Source: Oopsacas minuta
Lineage: Eukaryota; Animalia; Porifera
Assembly (NCBI GenBank): GCA_024704765.1
Contig: JAKMXF010000338.1
Span: 154,878-218,877 of the forward strand
Direction: 5' to 3'
DNA length: 64,000 nt
The position numbers were made by a program, and so were the translations under genes. Positions 1 through 11,529 of this stretch are shown here, piece by piece (the first letter of the stretch is position 1; every line of letters begins with the position of its first letter). The notes under the pieces were generated by a model. The model was not told the origin of the DNA. It worked only from the letters and a program-made list of their open reading frames with translations, and did no database searches.

Positions 1-388
1 ATTAATTGTCAAAAGATAGAACATTACATTTACAAAATAATGTTAATATTAACCGTACATAATATGCATTGTTGACCAACAATTCGCTGGGAAAGAAAAT
101 TGTACAATAGGCCTAACTTGTACTGTATAGAACCTTATAATATAGTGCCAATCAATGCAAAATCCGAATTTCGTGAATTTTGATATCTTGAAATCCTGAC
201 GTGATAGACCAATTCTGATTTCAGATTTGGAATCAACATCCCAAAGTTAGTCTAGGTGATATATTTCCATTTGAGGAATAAATGTGATGTTGCCCAGTGT
301 TATCTTTGGGTTTTGAGAGAGAAACACGCCCTGTAATTAGTAAAAAAGGCCAGGACTATTAGAAAAAAGGTGTGATATTCCATCTTGA

Positions 389-619
389 ATGCCCCAGCTC
401 TCCACCAAAAAGGAAATTGTCCAAGCATTGGAAAGATGCGATTGGGAAATTCCTTTCTACACTCCTTATTCCCCTGATTTGGCCCCGTACGACTTTTCAT
501 CTTTTCTCATGGATGAAAGAATCGTTACGAGGAATTTAGTTCGAGACGAAGAGGAGATTATTGGAGCGATGAGAGACTCGACAAGGCGCCTGGACAAAGA
601 CGGCGTACAGAGGGGATAG
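389..619 (+). pseudogene. mariner transposase C-terminal fragment
   Basis: ORF contains WEIPFYTPYSPDLAPYDF, matching the mariner HPPYSPDLAPSDF motif; decayed. Confidence 0.75.
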
Positions 620-627
620 AAGCTCTG

Positions 628-1136
628 TTACACAGATGAGAAAAGTTTATTGAATTTAGGAGGAATCTGCTCATTGCGGTGTATATTTGATAAAATAAGA
701 ATGTTCTTAGTTTTTTTAGCCATGTAAGAGATTAATGTATTACATCCTTGTTGTGTGTATACGAATCTGGAAGAATGTATTGACACTCCCTTGGTATCTT
801 TCATTTCTTTTGGAATTTCTCTTCGATTCTTCCGCAATATCCCCATGTAATATGTTTTATATTTGGTAAGAAGTTGATCCGACAACATTTTTGAAGTAAA
901 GAAATTATCGCCTGCTACAGAATGTCCAGGACCTTAGCTCGAGCACAACATAAGAACATTATCATTTGGCTTATTAGTAATATAAGACTAGCTTCCTGTG
1001 TATGCCTCCATCGCACAAGGAAAATACGTTTAGCATCAGCAAGAATAAATATCTTAATGCCGTACTTGTCAGGCTTGGCTAGCATAAATTGCATTATTGG
1101 GCATCTCCCACGATAACCTGTTTTGTGCTCATCCAC
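628..1136 (-). pseudogene. piggyBac transposase internal fragment
   Basis: Two adjacent ORFs: MQFMLAKPDKYGIKIFILADAK and GILRKNRREIP...LISYMAKKTKNILILSNIH, typical piggyBac core motifs. Confidence 0.7.
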
Positions 1137-1445
1137 GGTTAAGCATTTACCCGGAGTGTAAGTTTGGAAAGAGTAATGTTTATAGAATAAAATACAAAAC
1201 GAATCGGAGCCCTAAATGAAATCATCATACCAAGAAAGGTAAATAATTCTTCTAGTGTGATAGTGTATAAGTACTTTTCTGTGGATTAGGAACTTGATTC
1301 AATGACAAAAATGATTCCAATTTGTTGTTCGTCTGAGATAAAATGTATGAGCATAATTCATGTGTGAAGAACAACTTGAAAAAATCTCAAATGAAGAAAT
1401 TGAATCATATATGTGCCGACAGTCAACGTATAAGGAGTCACAATG

Positions 1446-1596
1446 CACAGTGGCACACCCCCTGGTAATTGGTCAAAATTTCAATCCGTTATTTAGTAAC
1501 CATTTAAAGTTCATTGGAAAGAGAAATATCCAATTACTTGAAATGTCTAAATTCTTATGATCCATCATTTAGTTTAGGAACAAACTGGAATGTATA
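1446..1596 (+). mobile_element. 5' end fragment of family-1 RAG1-like/Transib transposon
   Basis: CACAGTGGCACACCCCCTGGTAATTGGTCAAAATTTCAATCCG... is nearly identical to the ends at 58685 and 10540 (reverse complement); homology stops at the N at 1597. Confidence 0.9.
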
Positions 1597-1597
1597 N

Positions 1598-1809
1598 TGA
1601 TTACATACATTAGGGCATAGGAATTTGCGGTTTGAAAATATATATTTCTATTATTAGAAACACATGACAAAGTTGTGCGTAGTTAGGATTCCTAACTGCT
1701 TCTAATGCTGCCAATGATATTTTCGTACCAATTGAACTGTGGAGAATTCGAAAAATGCATTGAAATATGTTTTTTTAATATGCCTATTTCCCCATATTGC
1801 CACACTGTG
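1598..1809. mobile_element. orphan transposon end terminating in the RSS-like heptamer (different Transib-like family)
   Basis: Ends ...CCCCATATTGCCACACTGTG (reverse complement CACAGTGTGGCAATATGGGG); no partner end or TSD found. Confidence 0.4.
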
Positions 1810-1849
1810 GGTTGAGTACTGATGGTTCAGAGAGAGAGTTTTAAGCCTC

Positions 1850-2380
1850 TAAGATCTTTGATTCGGTCTTAGTGAAGATGTCGTTCTAATTGAGAATCCG
1901 ATAGAGTGCAACCTTAATAGTAGTGCAGTTTCATCCAGATCATTGGTTAGTCATTTCCATCAAGTTATTATATGTCTGAGAATGACCCTGGAACTTTAAG
2001 GAATTGCTTGAATATATAACTTTCACTCGTAATGAGACATCATCAGGCTCATCCGATTGGGTTAGATGCTAGAATAGTTTTGCAGTTTCTTATCAAGCAT
2101 TGTCTTACCACATACCAGTAGTCGTTGTGCCATTAGTTAAACTTGTAACGAACGTTTTAGCATTTGAGACTCTCTTAGATGTTGGTGACCACTTAAATAC
2201 TCCTGCGTGCAAATGGGTAATTAGATCCAAAAACCAGCCAAACATCAGAAATATGTATGCAAAGGCGAACTGGGGATTTCTAAGTCAGATATTGGTCTGT
2301 GTGCAACGTTGAATTTGTTGTCAGAAGATAATGATAGAAACTCCTCTTCATGAACTTCATCAAATAGCACTTTGAGGTCT
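1850..2380 (-). pseudogene. RAG1-like/Transib transposase C-terminal fragment (family 3)
   Basis: Manual minus-strand translation gives LFDEVHEEEFLSLSSDNKFNVAHRPISDLEIPSSPLHTYF / FGWFLDLITHLHAGVFKWSPTSKRVSNAKTFVTSL / GTTTTG, colinear with family-1 VFDEVDEEVFLSLPTNQRFNLTHKPISEKDIISASPLHAYLRTFSWFLLLICHLQCGAIQKWSPTS; frameshifted and not in the ORF track. Confidence 0.8.
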
Positions 2381-2485
2381 GTGATGGATAGATTAAAGTC
2401 ATTTCAAAATTGCTGTGGAATCATATTTTTAACGACTATCCTGGGTTAATCAAGTATGCTGAGTCTGGATGTTGTAAACAACATA

Positions 2486-4690
2486 CAGTAAGGGGACAAA
2501 ACTATTCGAACTCACAAATATATTGTCAAAAATTGTATACTCTTTCCCGCTCCTATATATTGTGTAGTCTATATTCGTAGCTGCTATCTACTAATTTGCA
2601 TAGAATAACATATTTTTTTCAGGAATTTCAAAAGAAATTTCGATTTACACTTTTTGAAGGTGTTAATTATCAATAATTATCAGATAATTATTGATAATCA
2701 AATGTGGTAATTCAAACCCTATTGGAATCTATAATTTCTCACTTGATATTTGAATTCTACGTAGGCGAGTTACCCCATATTGAAATTTCCAATCGGATTG
2801 AACAATTTTTACCAGAGTTATAGATGAATTTCAATTTGTGCCATTTGTGCCACCTTTTGACCAAGGTGGCACAAGTGGCCGCAACCCAGAGGTTATTTTT
2901 GAATTCAAGGGTTAGCATAATCATATCATTCAAAAATATTACTTCGACTTATTCCTCCTAACCTTAGTTGATTTCCTTGTAGTGGCGCTTTTTCCTGCCA
3001 CTTGTGCCACTTCTTGAAAAAAGTGGCACCAGTGGGGCAAATTGATATTCTTCTATAACTTTGGTAAAAATTGTTCAATCCAATTGGAAATTTCAATATG
3101 GTGTAACTCGCCTACGTAGAATTCAAATATCAAGTCAGAAATTATAGATTCCCAATAGGGTTTGAATTACCACATATTTTTACTATCAATAATTATCTGA
3201 TAATTATTAATAATTAACACCTTCAAAAAGTGTGAATTGAAAATTTTTTTAAATTCGTGAAATACATATGTTATTCTATGCAAATATTACTAGATAGCAG
3301 CAACGAATATAGACTACACAATACAGGGTGCGCAAAAGTTCTATCCCATTGTTTGACAATCAATTATACAAAGCTATAGTGGAATAATTGAAACCTTATA
3401 GGCCCATAATCTATATTGATGTATGTTTACTGAAGTACTAAAGCATTCTCTCTATTACTAACAAATATTTCTAATTAGAGACATGGAAGCCAAAAGGTCA
3501 CAAATTTTAGAATTATTTCGTGCAGAGAAGTCCCCAGGCGAGATTTTGAAAATTCTTCAGAGCAAGAAAGTGGGTAGAAAGTTGATATATCGTACTATCC
3601 AGAGATACAAGGAGACTGGAAGCTTGAAAGACAGAGCTCGGAGTGGCCGTCAGCGTAATGTAAGGACACGAGAACTAAAGGCGAAGATGAAGAAAAGAAT
3701 GGTCCGAAATCCCCGGCGTTCCATGCGGAAAATGTCTCGTGACTTTGGAATAAGCTCTAGATCTATTGGACGCGTAGTGCACGATGACCTAGGGTTAAAG
3801 TCTCTCAATTGCAGGAAAATTCACATGCTTACAAAGGCCAGTAGAGAAAAGCGGCTGCAAAGAAGTCGATGTCTGTTATCGCGTGCCAGCCAATCAGTCG
3901 TGAACAAAATATTGTTCTCTGATGAGAAATTGTTCACGATTCAAGAGGTTTCCAACCCTCAGAATGATCGTATCACCTCAAGCAGCGTCCAAGACATCCC
4001 AGAACAACTTCGATTCATACCGAGAAGCCAAAAGCCAGCTTCGGTCATGGTATGGGGGGGAATCTCCACAAACTCCCGGACTAATCTTATTTTTGTTCCG
4101 TCTGGTGTGAAAATCAATTCTAAAACCTATCGTGAACTCATTCTGGATGCTAAAGTGAAGGGTTTAGGTTGTAAGAACTTTGGAAATACGAGTTGGACCT
4201 TCCAGCTCATACGGCTAACGCTACCCAACAGTGGTTCCGAGATCAAAAAATAGACTTCATTTCTAAAGAGCAATGGCCACCCTCCAATCCGGACTTGAAT
4301 CCTATGGACTATTCTGTTTGGTCCATCTTGGAGCAGAAGGTATGCGCAAGTTCTCACGCAAATATTAGCCCTTTCAAGGCTTGCTTGCAGCGAGAATGGC
4401 TGAAAATACCTCAGGATTACTTCCGGCGCGCCGTATACCAATTTTGGACTAGACTCCAAGCTGTGGTAAGTAAGAAAGGTGGCTATATTGAACAATAATA
4501 TCTTATTTTAAATTCAACATAAGTAATAAATTATCCAGCAAAGAATTAGCTAGATCTGTTAATGGGTTTATGAGATATTTCAAATTAGGTTTGGGACAGA
4601 ACTTTTGCGCACCCTGTATATGGGAGCGGGAAAGAGTATACAATTTATGACAATATATTTGTGTGTTTGAATACTTTTGTCCCCTGACTG
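2486..4690. mobile_element. foldback-type MITE with ~350-bp TIRs and Tc1-like termini, interrupted by a maT element
   Basis: TA|CAGTAAGGGGACAAAA ... TTTTGTCCCCTGACTG|TA with long inverted arms; uninterrupted sister copy at 49159-50072. Confidence 0.8.
3324..4616 (+). mobile_element. Tc1/mariner maT-type (DD37D) element, frameshifted transposase
   Basis: TIR CAGGGTGCGCAAAAGTTCT at both ends, TA TSD; ORFs 3483-4253 and 4193-4498 with HTH, LFSDEK and WPPSNPDLNPMDYSVW. Confidence 0.92.
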
Positions 4691-5233
4691 TATATATTAT
4701 TCAATTCCAATCATTCTTGTCTATTGAATAACACGAGGCTCAATGTGCTCTACTCCAAGCTCAACATTTTCCTGTTACACTCATCCCAGGTGTAAATTGG
4801 ATCTCCGTTTTTATATTCTAGGTTCTTTAGCTGTATCTGTACGGAGCTCACTTAACAACATAGGAATTGTGATACTGAATTACATCAACATGTTGACTGC
4901 CAAATACGAGATATCTCGTTTCTGATGATGCACCTGGATTGCCAGCTACCAGATATATCGTAATTCGATTATTTTTTCTTTTTCCCTACACACTCAGGTA
5001 CATCTATATATACGTTGTCACTATTTTCAGCTAAGTATTCAATCATTTATGATCCACCTACTAGGATCTTTCCCAAATAATTTGTTAGCAATAATATTAG
5101 CATGTAAATATTACAAGAATATCTTCGTGAAAGAGATCAAATTTGAATGAGTAATCTGGAACATATTTAGATTAAGAAGTCCTGAAATTCGCTGCTACTA
5201 ACTATTAATAGATATTTTCATTAATCCAGGTTA

Positions 5234-7122
5234 TTACAATGTGTGGAATAAGCGAAAACATGGGTCAACACATAACGCAGGCTGTTCTTCGCATGAATCA
5301 CAACAATATCTTGATTCTCGTTTAATCCTATTTTGCTTACATACTCTACAAGGTTTAGTTGGAAATTTCTTCTTGACTCTAGGAGAGATAGACCGAGGGA
5401 AATGTGACTCTTTGGAAGATAAGATCTTTGTTCTTGAATTTGAAGCAACCTCACCAACCAGATGCCTGACTATACATTCCCGAAAATCTAACAACCGCAT
5501 CTTATTCGACTGTCTCCTTTCAGGCATAGAGAACATATAGTGAGCATTAAAAATAAACATCTCGATCATATTTAGTGCAATTTTCTTATACCACCTAATC
5601 GTTTTTCTTAAACTACTATGATATGACAGCATTTGATCTGATCGATCAATACCTGACATTCCTTTATTATAACCTCTGACAGTTAGTGGCTTTTGTCTAC
5701 GGACTGCGTATTTGTTCTGGACACATACCATTTGAAACCTATGTAAGTTACTGATAGTTAGTACATCACGCTTATCCTTCCATTTGCAAACAATCATACC
5801 TTCACGGCCGCTCCATTCAGGTTCTCCACGTTTTAACTTACTCTGTATTACAGTCTGAGGGTTCCCTTTGCGATCAGGCCACAGAGTACCACAAATGTAT
5901 ATAGAACGTTCTGACATAATCTTTGTAAGAGTGAGAGAATTATAATAATTATCCGTGAATACACACCATCCCTTATCTAGATAATCTCGCATTAAATGTA
6001 AACAATAGCTCCGGTTTGGCCCATCATGTTCATCAAAGAAACTCTCTCCACTATATATTGCCACTCTGAGCACAATCCCATCAAATTCACATAATTGAAA
6101 AATTTTATGCCATATTGATGGCGTTTCTTTTAATATATTGTCGAAATACCAAGCGACCTCTCTAAAGGACCATTGATTCATCTAGCGAAAGGTTCCTTCC
6201 AGGGGTGTATATTCTACTCATTGTATTATTCAAGTGGTCTAGATATGGTTTGATCTTTGTGAGTCTGGATTCTTGTGGTTCCTTATTGAAACAAAGTGCC
6301 ATTAGCGTAATAATAATTGAAATCTGTTTCTACTCATCACATTTCCCCATAAAGAACTATTGTATAAAACATCTCTACTCCAATAATCAGCAATTTTAGG
6401 GAAAACAAGAGGACCCATGGGGATCTACAAACCAATGAACATTTGTATTTCAGTTCGATCAGTTTGCTTCCAGTTATTGAAACGAGAATTACTGCGTAGT
6501 TTTCTAGAGTTCAATAAAAATTGCTCCGCATGTCTATTAGTTTCCTGTACATCATATCACAAAACTGGTCAGTTAGAAAGAGATCGAAGAAAATCCACGA
6601 GTAACATTTTATGGAATTGATACATTTATCCCTGGTTTTGGGGAAACTTGAATGTAATGGGAATAGAACCTTTCTTCGACCAAGTAGTAGGACTTGGAGG
6701 AGAACCATTAGCGATTAGAGATGTACTTGTAACATTTAAAAGTGTGGGAATTGTATTCGATGATAAATCATTGAAACCGTCAGAATTTGATGATGGAGCT
6801 TCAAATCTTACCAGTTTCGGATTTGGCAAAGTTCCTTACGTTAAACATCTCTTCCGACGGGAACCAGAGGTTATGTTATTCATAATGTAATGAGAACTGT
6901 GATCAACATAAGACAAAGGTTGAATAATTGGTTTCATTCGTTTGGGGTTAGAGGATATATGAGAAAATTTCTTTTACCAAGAGAATATTGATCAGCATGA
7001 ATAATATGATCACATATTTCATGGGAATATTCAGTTTCCATAGCATCTGAATCAGAAAATTCTAGATTACCTCTAGACATAAAATCTAACTCTTGTGAAC
7101 TGGAACTAGAATCAATATCCAT
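5234..7122 (-). pseudogene. piggyBac transposase (PGBD4-like), disrupted; C-terminal 315 aa open
   Basis: FTDNYYNS, YNKGMSGIDRSDQ, RWYKK and C-terminal Cys-rich domain PCRVC...CDSCEEQPALCVDPCFRLFH; upstream frames contain NLSLDESM; acidic N-terminus at 6934-7122. Confidence 0.88.
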
Positions 7123-7211
7123 CTAATCAGAACTAGAATAACCTCAAGAATATGAAAAAATATACAGTAAGCCAATAGATCAGGGTATTGTTTTGACGAA
7201 AATGATCCCCC

Positions 7212-10200
7212 CACAGTGGCACGAAATGGCTAAAACCTGGAGGTAGGTATTAGGGTACTAGATAACGTATGAAACTATATTATTGACATATGGGGAATCG
7301 TATCCAAGGAATCGATTGACGTAACTAGATTTTTTCTAAGTCTTTGGGTGTGAAAGTAATGACGTCATTGCCATATTCAAAAATATTTTGATTTTTTTAG
7401 CAATTTTAATTAAACCAATTTGTGAGTTATAGGTTCAGAAATTGAATGTTTTATGTTTTGATATTATTAACACTATTTAATGTACATTTTTATAAACTTA
7501 TGAGACCACATTTCTTGTTGAAATGACCTACCGCTCATTGAACTGCAAACTATAACGTATTTATAATTAGAGACTTCACCAAAATATCTTGACAGCTCTT
7601 TAACTCAGATAGATCTGGCTCCGAATCGTTTTTGGTAATATTACGAAATGATGCTAATATTGGATCACTTTGAGAGATAAGCCTGACGAACACATCTTTA
7701 ACGTTGTCTTCAAAGCTAAACTTTCTTGAGAGTCTCTCACGATATCGCCTGACCAATTTATTGCAAGATTCAAGGCCTTCTTCAGACAAATCTTCTAAGC
7801 CAAACCCATCGTTATGATCTGCAATTATTTGTGGTGCATGTGCTAGAAGTTTATGTAAAGTTGGGGTTACATATGCCCATGAAAAATTGGTTAAAATGGA
7901 TTCGTAAGTCTCTCGGCATACATTATCAAGGCCTTCAGTATCCACTTTCCTGTTGTTATTATACAATCTCAGGATAGCACTCAAATTATTAAAGATTGTA
8001 GTGACAACCAGATGTGTCTCTTGAGGAACAACCGTCAATACCCAATAGAGAAAATCTTGCACAGTATCATCGCTACGTGTGAAGCATCTCCGAACAACAT
8101 TTCCGGTTGTGGTGGTTCCTCCTTGGACTGATGGTGTGTCAATGGATATACTAAGTTTTTCTTCAATAAGGCTAGTAATAAATTTATTGGCCCCAAGAAT
8201 TATTGGCGAAGTTGGTGACCATTTTTGAATAGCACCACACTGTAAATGGCAAATCAATAATAGGAACCAACTAAATGTTCTCAAATATGCATGTAGAGGA
8301 GAAGCTGATATGATATCTTTTTCTGAGATCGGTTTGTGTGTTAAATTGAATCTTTGATTTGTTGGCAAAGACAAAAATACTTCCTCATCAACCTCATCAA
8401 ATACATCACGTGCATCACGGATAGTCCTATTTATGGGAAAGCCATTTTGAACTATGCTAATATCGTGTATCTGTTGGAACGTTGCAGTACACATTTGACA
8501 ATTAGCACCACCAGCACCGCTTAAGATTTTTGCCATCTTTGTATCGAAATGAGATCTAATGATCTTGACCTCTGCATTTCCGTTGTGTAAACACAAACCA
8601 CTCTCTTCGATAGTTGAAGTTTCGTTATTTATTAATGAATCCATCAAAAACTTGACACTCTCTTCATTTTCTGGTAGGGCTAAGAGGGCAACTGGTCGAG
8701 TGCAAAATGGCGAATTCGGATGATGAGGTTTCCATAGGATATGATCATTTGCATTTATGATTGAGTTAACCTTGAAACTAAATAAAATGAAGGTTTTAGT
8801 CGAGAGGTCAGGGTTAGATATAGCTTGCTGGTAAACTCGATGACACCCAGATCCATCTAAGCCATCGGATACTCGAACTTTCAGCGGATAGACAAGGTTA
8901 TCAGGACTTAAGTTAGATACAATTCGTTCAACTGTATGGGTGAGTAGTCTGGTGTAAGAAATACCTACTCCACATGGAAATTCTCTATGAATTATACGCA
9001 CCTCATCCAGCAAATTAATTTGAGCCCGATGTTTAGCTACACTATTGTAGCCTGGTAACTTGAGATCTTCAGATAGTAACGTACGCCGAAGTTCTAAATA
9101 CTTTGTTTTACCGATCTCAAGCGAATCGAAAAGAAAGGCAGATTTATCAAGTGATAATTGTGGGTAGATAGGAGATGAGTTTCCCTTCTCGAGTATCTCT
9201 TTACAAACATTGGCACTATTCATGTCCTGCTCCTCATTGCAACAAAGTAGTAAGAGATAAGTTGCAAGAGTCTTTGGCGTTACATGCTCGTTTTCAGCGA
9301 CTGATTCGAGGTGAGACTTAAGAGAAGAGAGCCGATTTCTCAAACATTTGGTCGTTAAGTAAGCGAGCGATTTCTTTTTTGAAAGATTAAAGTCTCCTTC
9401 AAAGTTAATGGTTAATGAAGAAGAGGCACTTAACTAGGCTTCTTTGGCAGAGGACAGAAGCACATAGAATTCCAAGTATCAAGGTCCGAATATTTATGAA
9501 AAGAGGCTCTCTCTTTTTGAATATCATTGAACTTCAGACGAAAGAAATTTTGCTGATCTCGATCAAAACCATGAGTTGAAATAAATTGGTCTGCGATTGA
9601 ACGGGTGCTAAGTAATTTATGCTCACAATAAAACTGAAAAGCTTGAAGCTTGTTCATTTTCTAGATAATTAATATATTATTTATTAACAAATTGTAAATA
9701 CAGGGCAAAAGTAAGATTATATATATATGCATGTTTGTTTTATAAGCTTATACAAAACATTCTGAAATCTAAGAATTAAGGAACTTTTGACGAAACGTTT
9801 TCTCACAGTAGAAGAGTGTTGATTTTTTAATGGAATCTTTGTAAAAATACGTGATGGGAACATTTATTTATATTAATTACAAGCTGAATTTTGTAAACAC
9901 AAGCATAAAAATGTAAATAACTTCACGTTTTGATTACATCGCTAAGCAACCATAATATTTATATAAATTTTGAAAAGAGAATTTTTAAAAATATTAGATA
10001 AATTCAAAAGTTCATCTGATTGAAACTATATTTGCGCGAATTTTCGGGAACCTGGAAATTGTTGTATTTTATAGAGAATTAAAAATGCTGTCTTATAAAA
10101 CTCATGAGACAACTTGACAGAACGCGACAGATGAAGTTATGAGACTTCGAAGTTGAGTGACGACAGAAATCCAACAGAAAAATTTATCAAAATATTTGAG

Positions 10201-10540
10201 CTATTTTAAGGATTTATTATTTGAACTCCGCTTATATAATCACTATAATAAGAGAGTAGTCGAAAATGCAATGGAATGAAGTCTTTGGAATGTATTAGTT
10301 GCTTAGATACTGGAATTTAAGTTCATTAATGTAAATGAATATCTGTGGTTTTCAAGAATAATTTCTGAGCAAGAAATTGTAATGCTTATATACATTCCAG
10401 TTGTTCCTAAACTAAATGATGGATCATAACAATTTTAGACATTTCAAGTAATTGGATATTTCATTTTTCCAATGAACTTTAAATGGTTACTAAATATCGG
10501 ATTGAAATTTTGACCAATTTCCAGGGGGTGTGCCACTGTG
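7212..10540 (-). mobile_element. RAG1-like/Transib transposon, family 1 copy 1 (3329 bp, full length)
   Basis: Both ends begin CACAGTGGCAC; 5-bp TSD CCCCC at 7207-7211 and 10541-10545; single transposase gene; inserted upstream of the piggyBac ORF. Confidence 0.95.
7550..9657 (-). CDS. RAG1L: RAG1-core-like (Transib) DDE transposase, ~702 aa, with one 1-nt frameshift near 9435
   Basis: NBD-like KKSLADLTTKCLRNRLSSLK; SDGLDGSG (D600 equivalent); HFDTKM (D708); NCQMC and LHKLLAH (ZnC2H2); SPLHAY; LSEEGLESCNKLVRRYRERLSRK (E962). Copy 2 shows the 75-aa and 597-aa ORFs are one frame. Confidence 0.9.
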
Positions 10541-11529
10541 CCCCCTATTGTGCAATAAATTTGTGTTATATCATTGTGATATGAAATCATATAATGCTAT
10601 TCATTATAATCGTGATACGCCACAATCGGTGATGTTTCTATTGAATGAATAATACACAAATATTAAATGTTTAGGAATTATTTTTTGTTATTTTTGTAAG
10701 AAAGTAAATGATATTATTCACGCGGCCTATAAAGTTAGTTTCTTTATCTTTAATTTTTCTGGAATTAGTAAGATGGTAGTATATATGTGAGAATGACAAT
10801 GTCCTCCGATAGCTCCTTGAGAACTGAGTTAGGCATGTGAATAAGATTCAAATCCAAATAAGTAGAAAAAATATCATATACAGTTATAAACTAAATTATA
10901 AAATATATTCAATAACATCCATCTTACAAAAATAAGAGTTCGTAGCAAGCCTGCCCAGTCTTATAAGCGAAACGAGCAATCAAAAGTTTTCTTGAGTACT
11001 TTAGTTAGTAGAATTTCATACCAATAAGAGAATAAATATACACTGTATACACCATATGAGAATACAATTTTTTGGAATATACACTGTACAAGAATATATT
11101 TTCTGATATTTCTGTTTGGAACTACAGTCTCAAAATTATTACTTGAGAATATATTGTAGCATATTATGGATACGTTTTCACAGCCTCACGAGGTGGTAGA
11201 GACAATCTATTAGTTCCATAAAGGGAGATTATTGAATGTGTATCATATAAGGACAAGTAAACCCGCAAATGCATAGAATAATTATTCATGGATAATATTG
11301 GATATCTATACTCAGCGAATACATAAAGTTAGTTATGGATTCCCATGGAAGCAATTAAAATGATAATTAAGAGGATTATAATGAGAGCAATTATACCATA
11401 TAATATTACATTAGGTTTCATACCGTTAGATATATATTCATCAATAAAAGGCAATAAATATTCACCAGGTGTAAGGATCTAAAGATCTAAAAACGATATA
11501 AAAATACTGATTTCAGATTTCAGGATCTC

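Noticed and set aside
120-300. Possible Transib-like right end (...GTTGCCCAGTGT)
   Set aside because: Heptamer imperfect, no partner end or coding sequence within the window
10900-11470. Degenerate multi-pass membrane-protein-like frames on the minus strand
   Set aside because: Many stops; the hydrophobicity could come from AT-rich composition alone; no family motif
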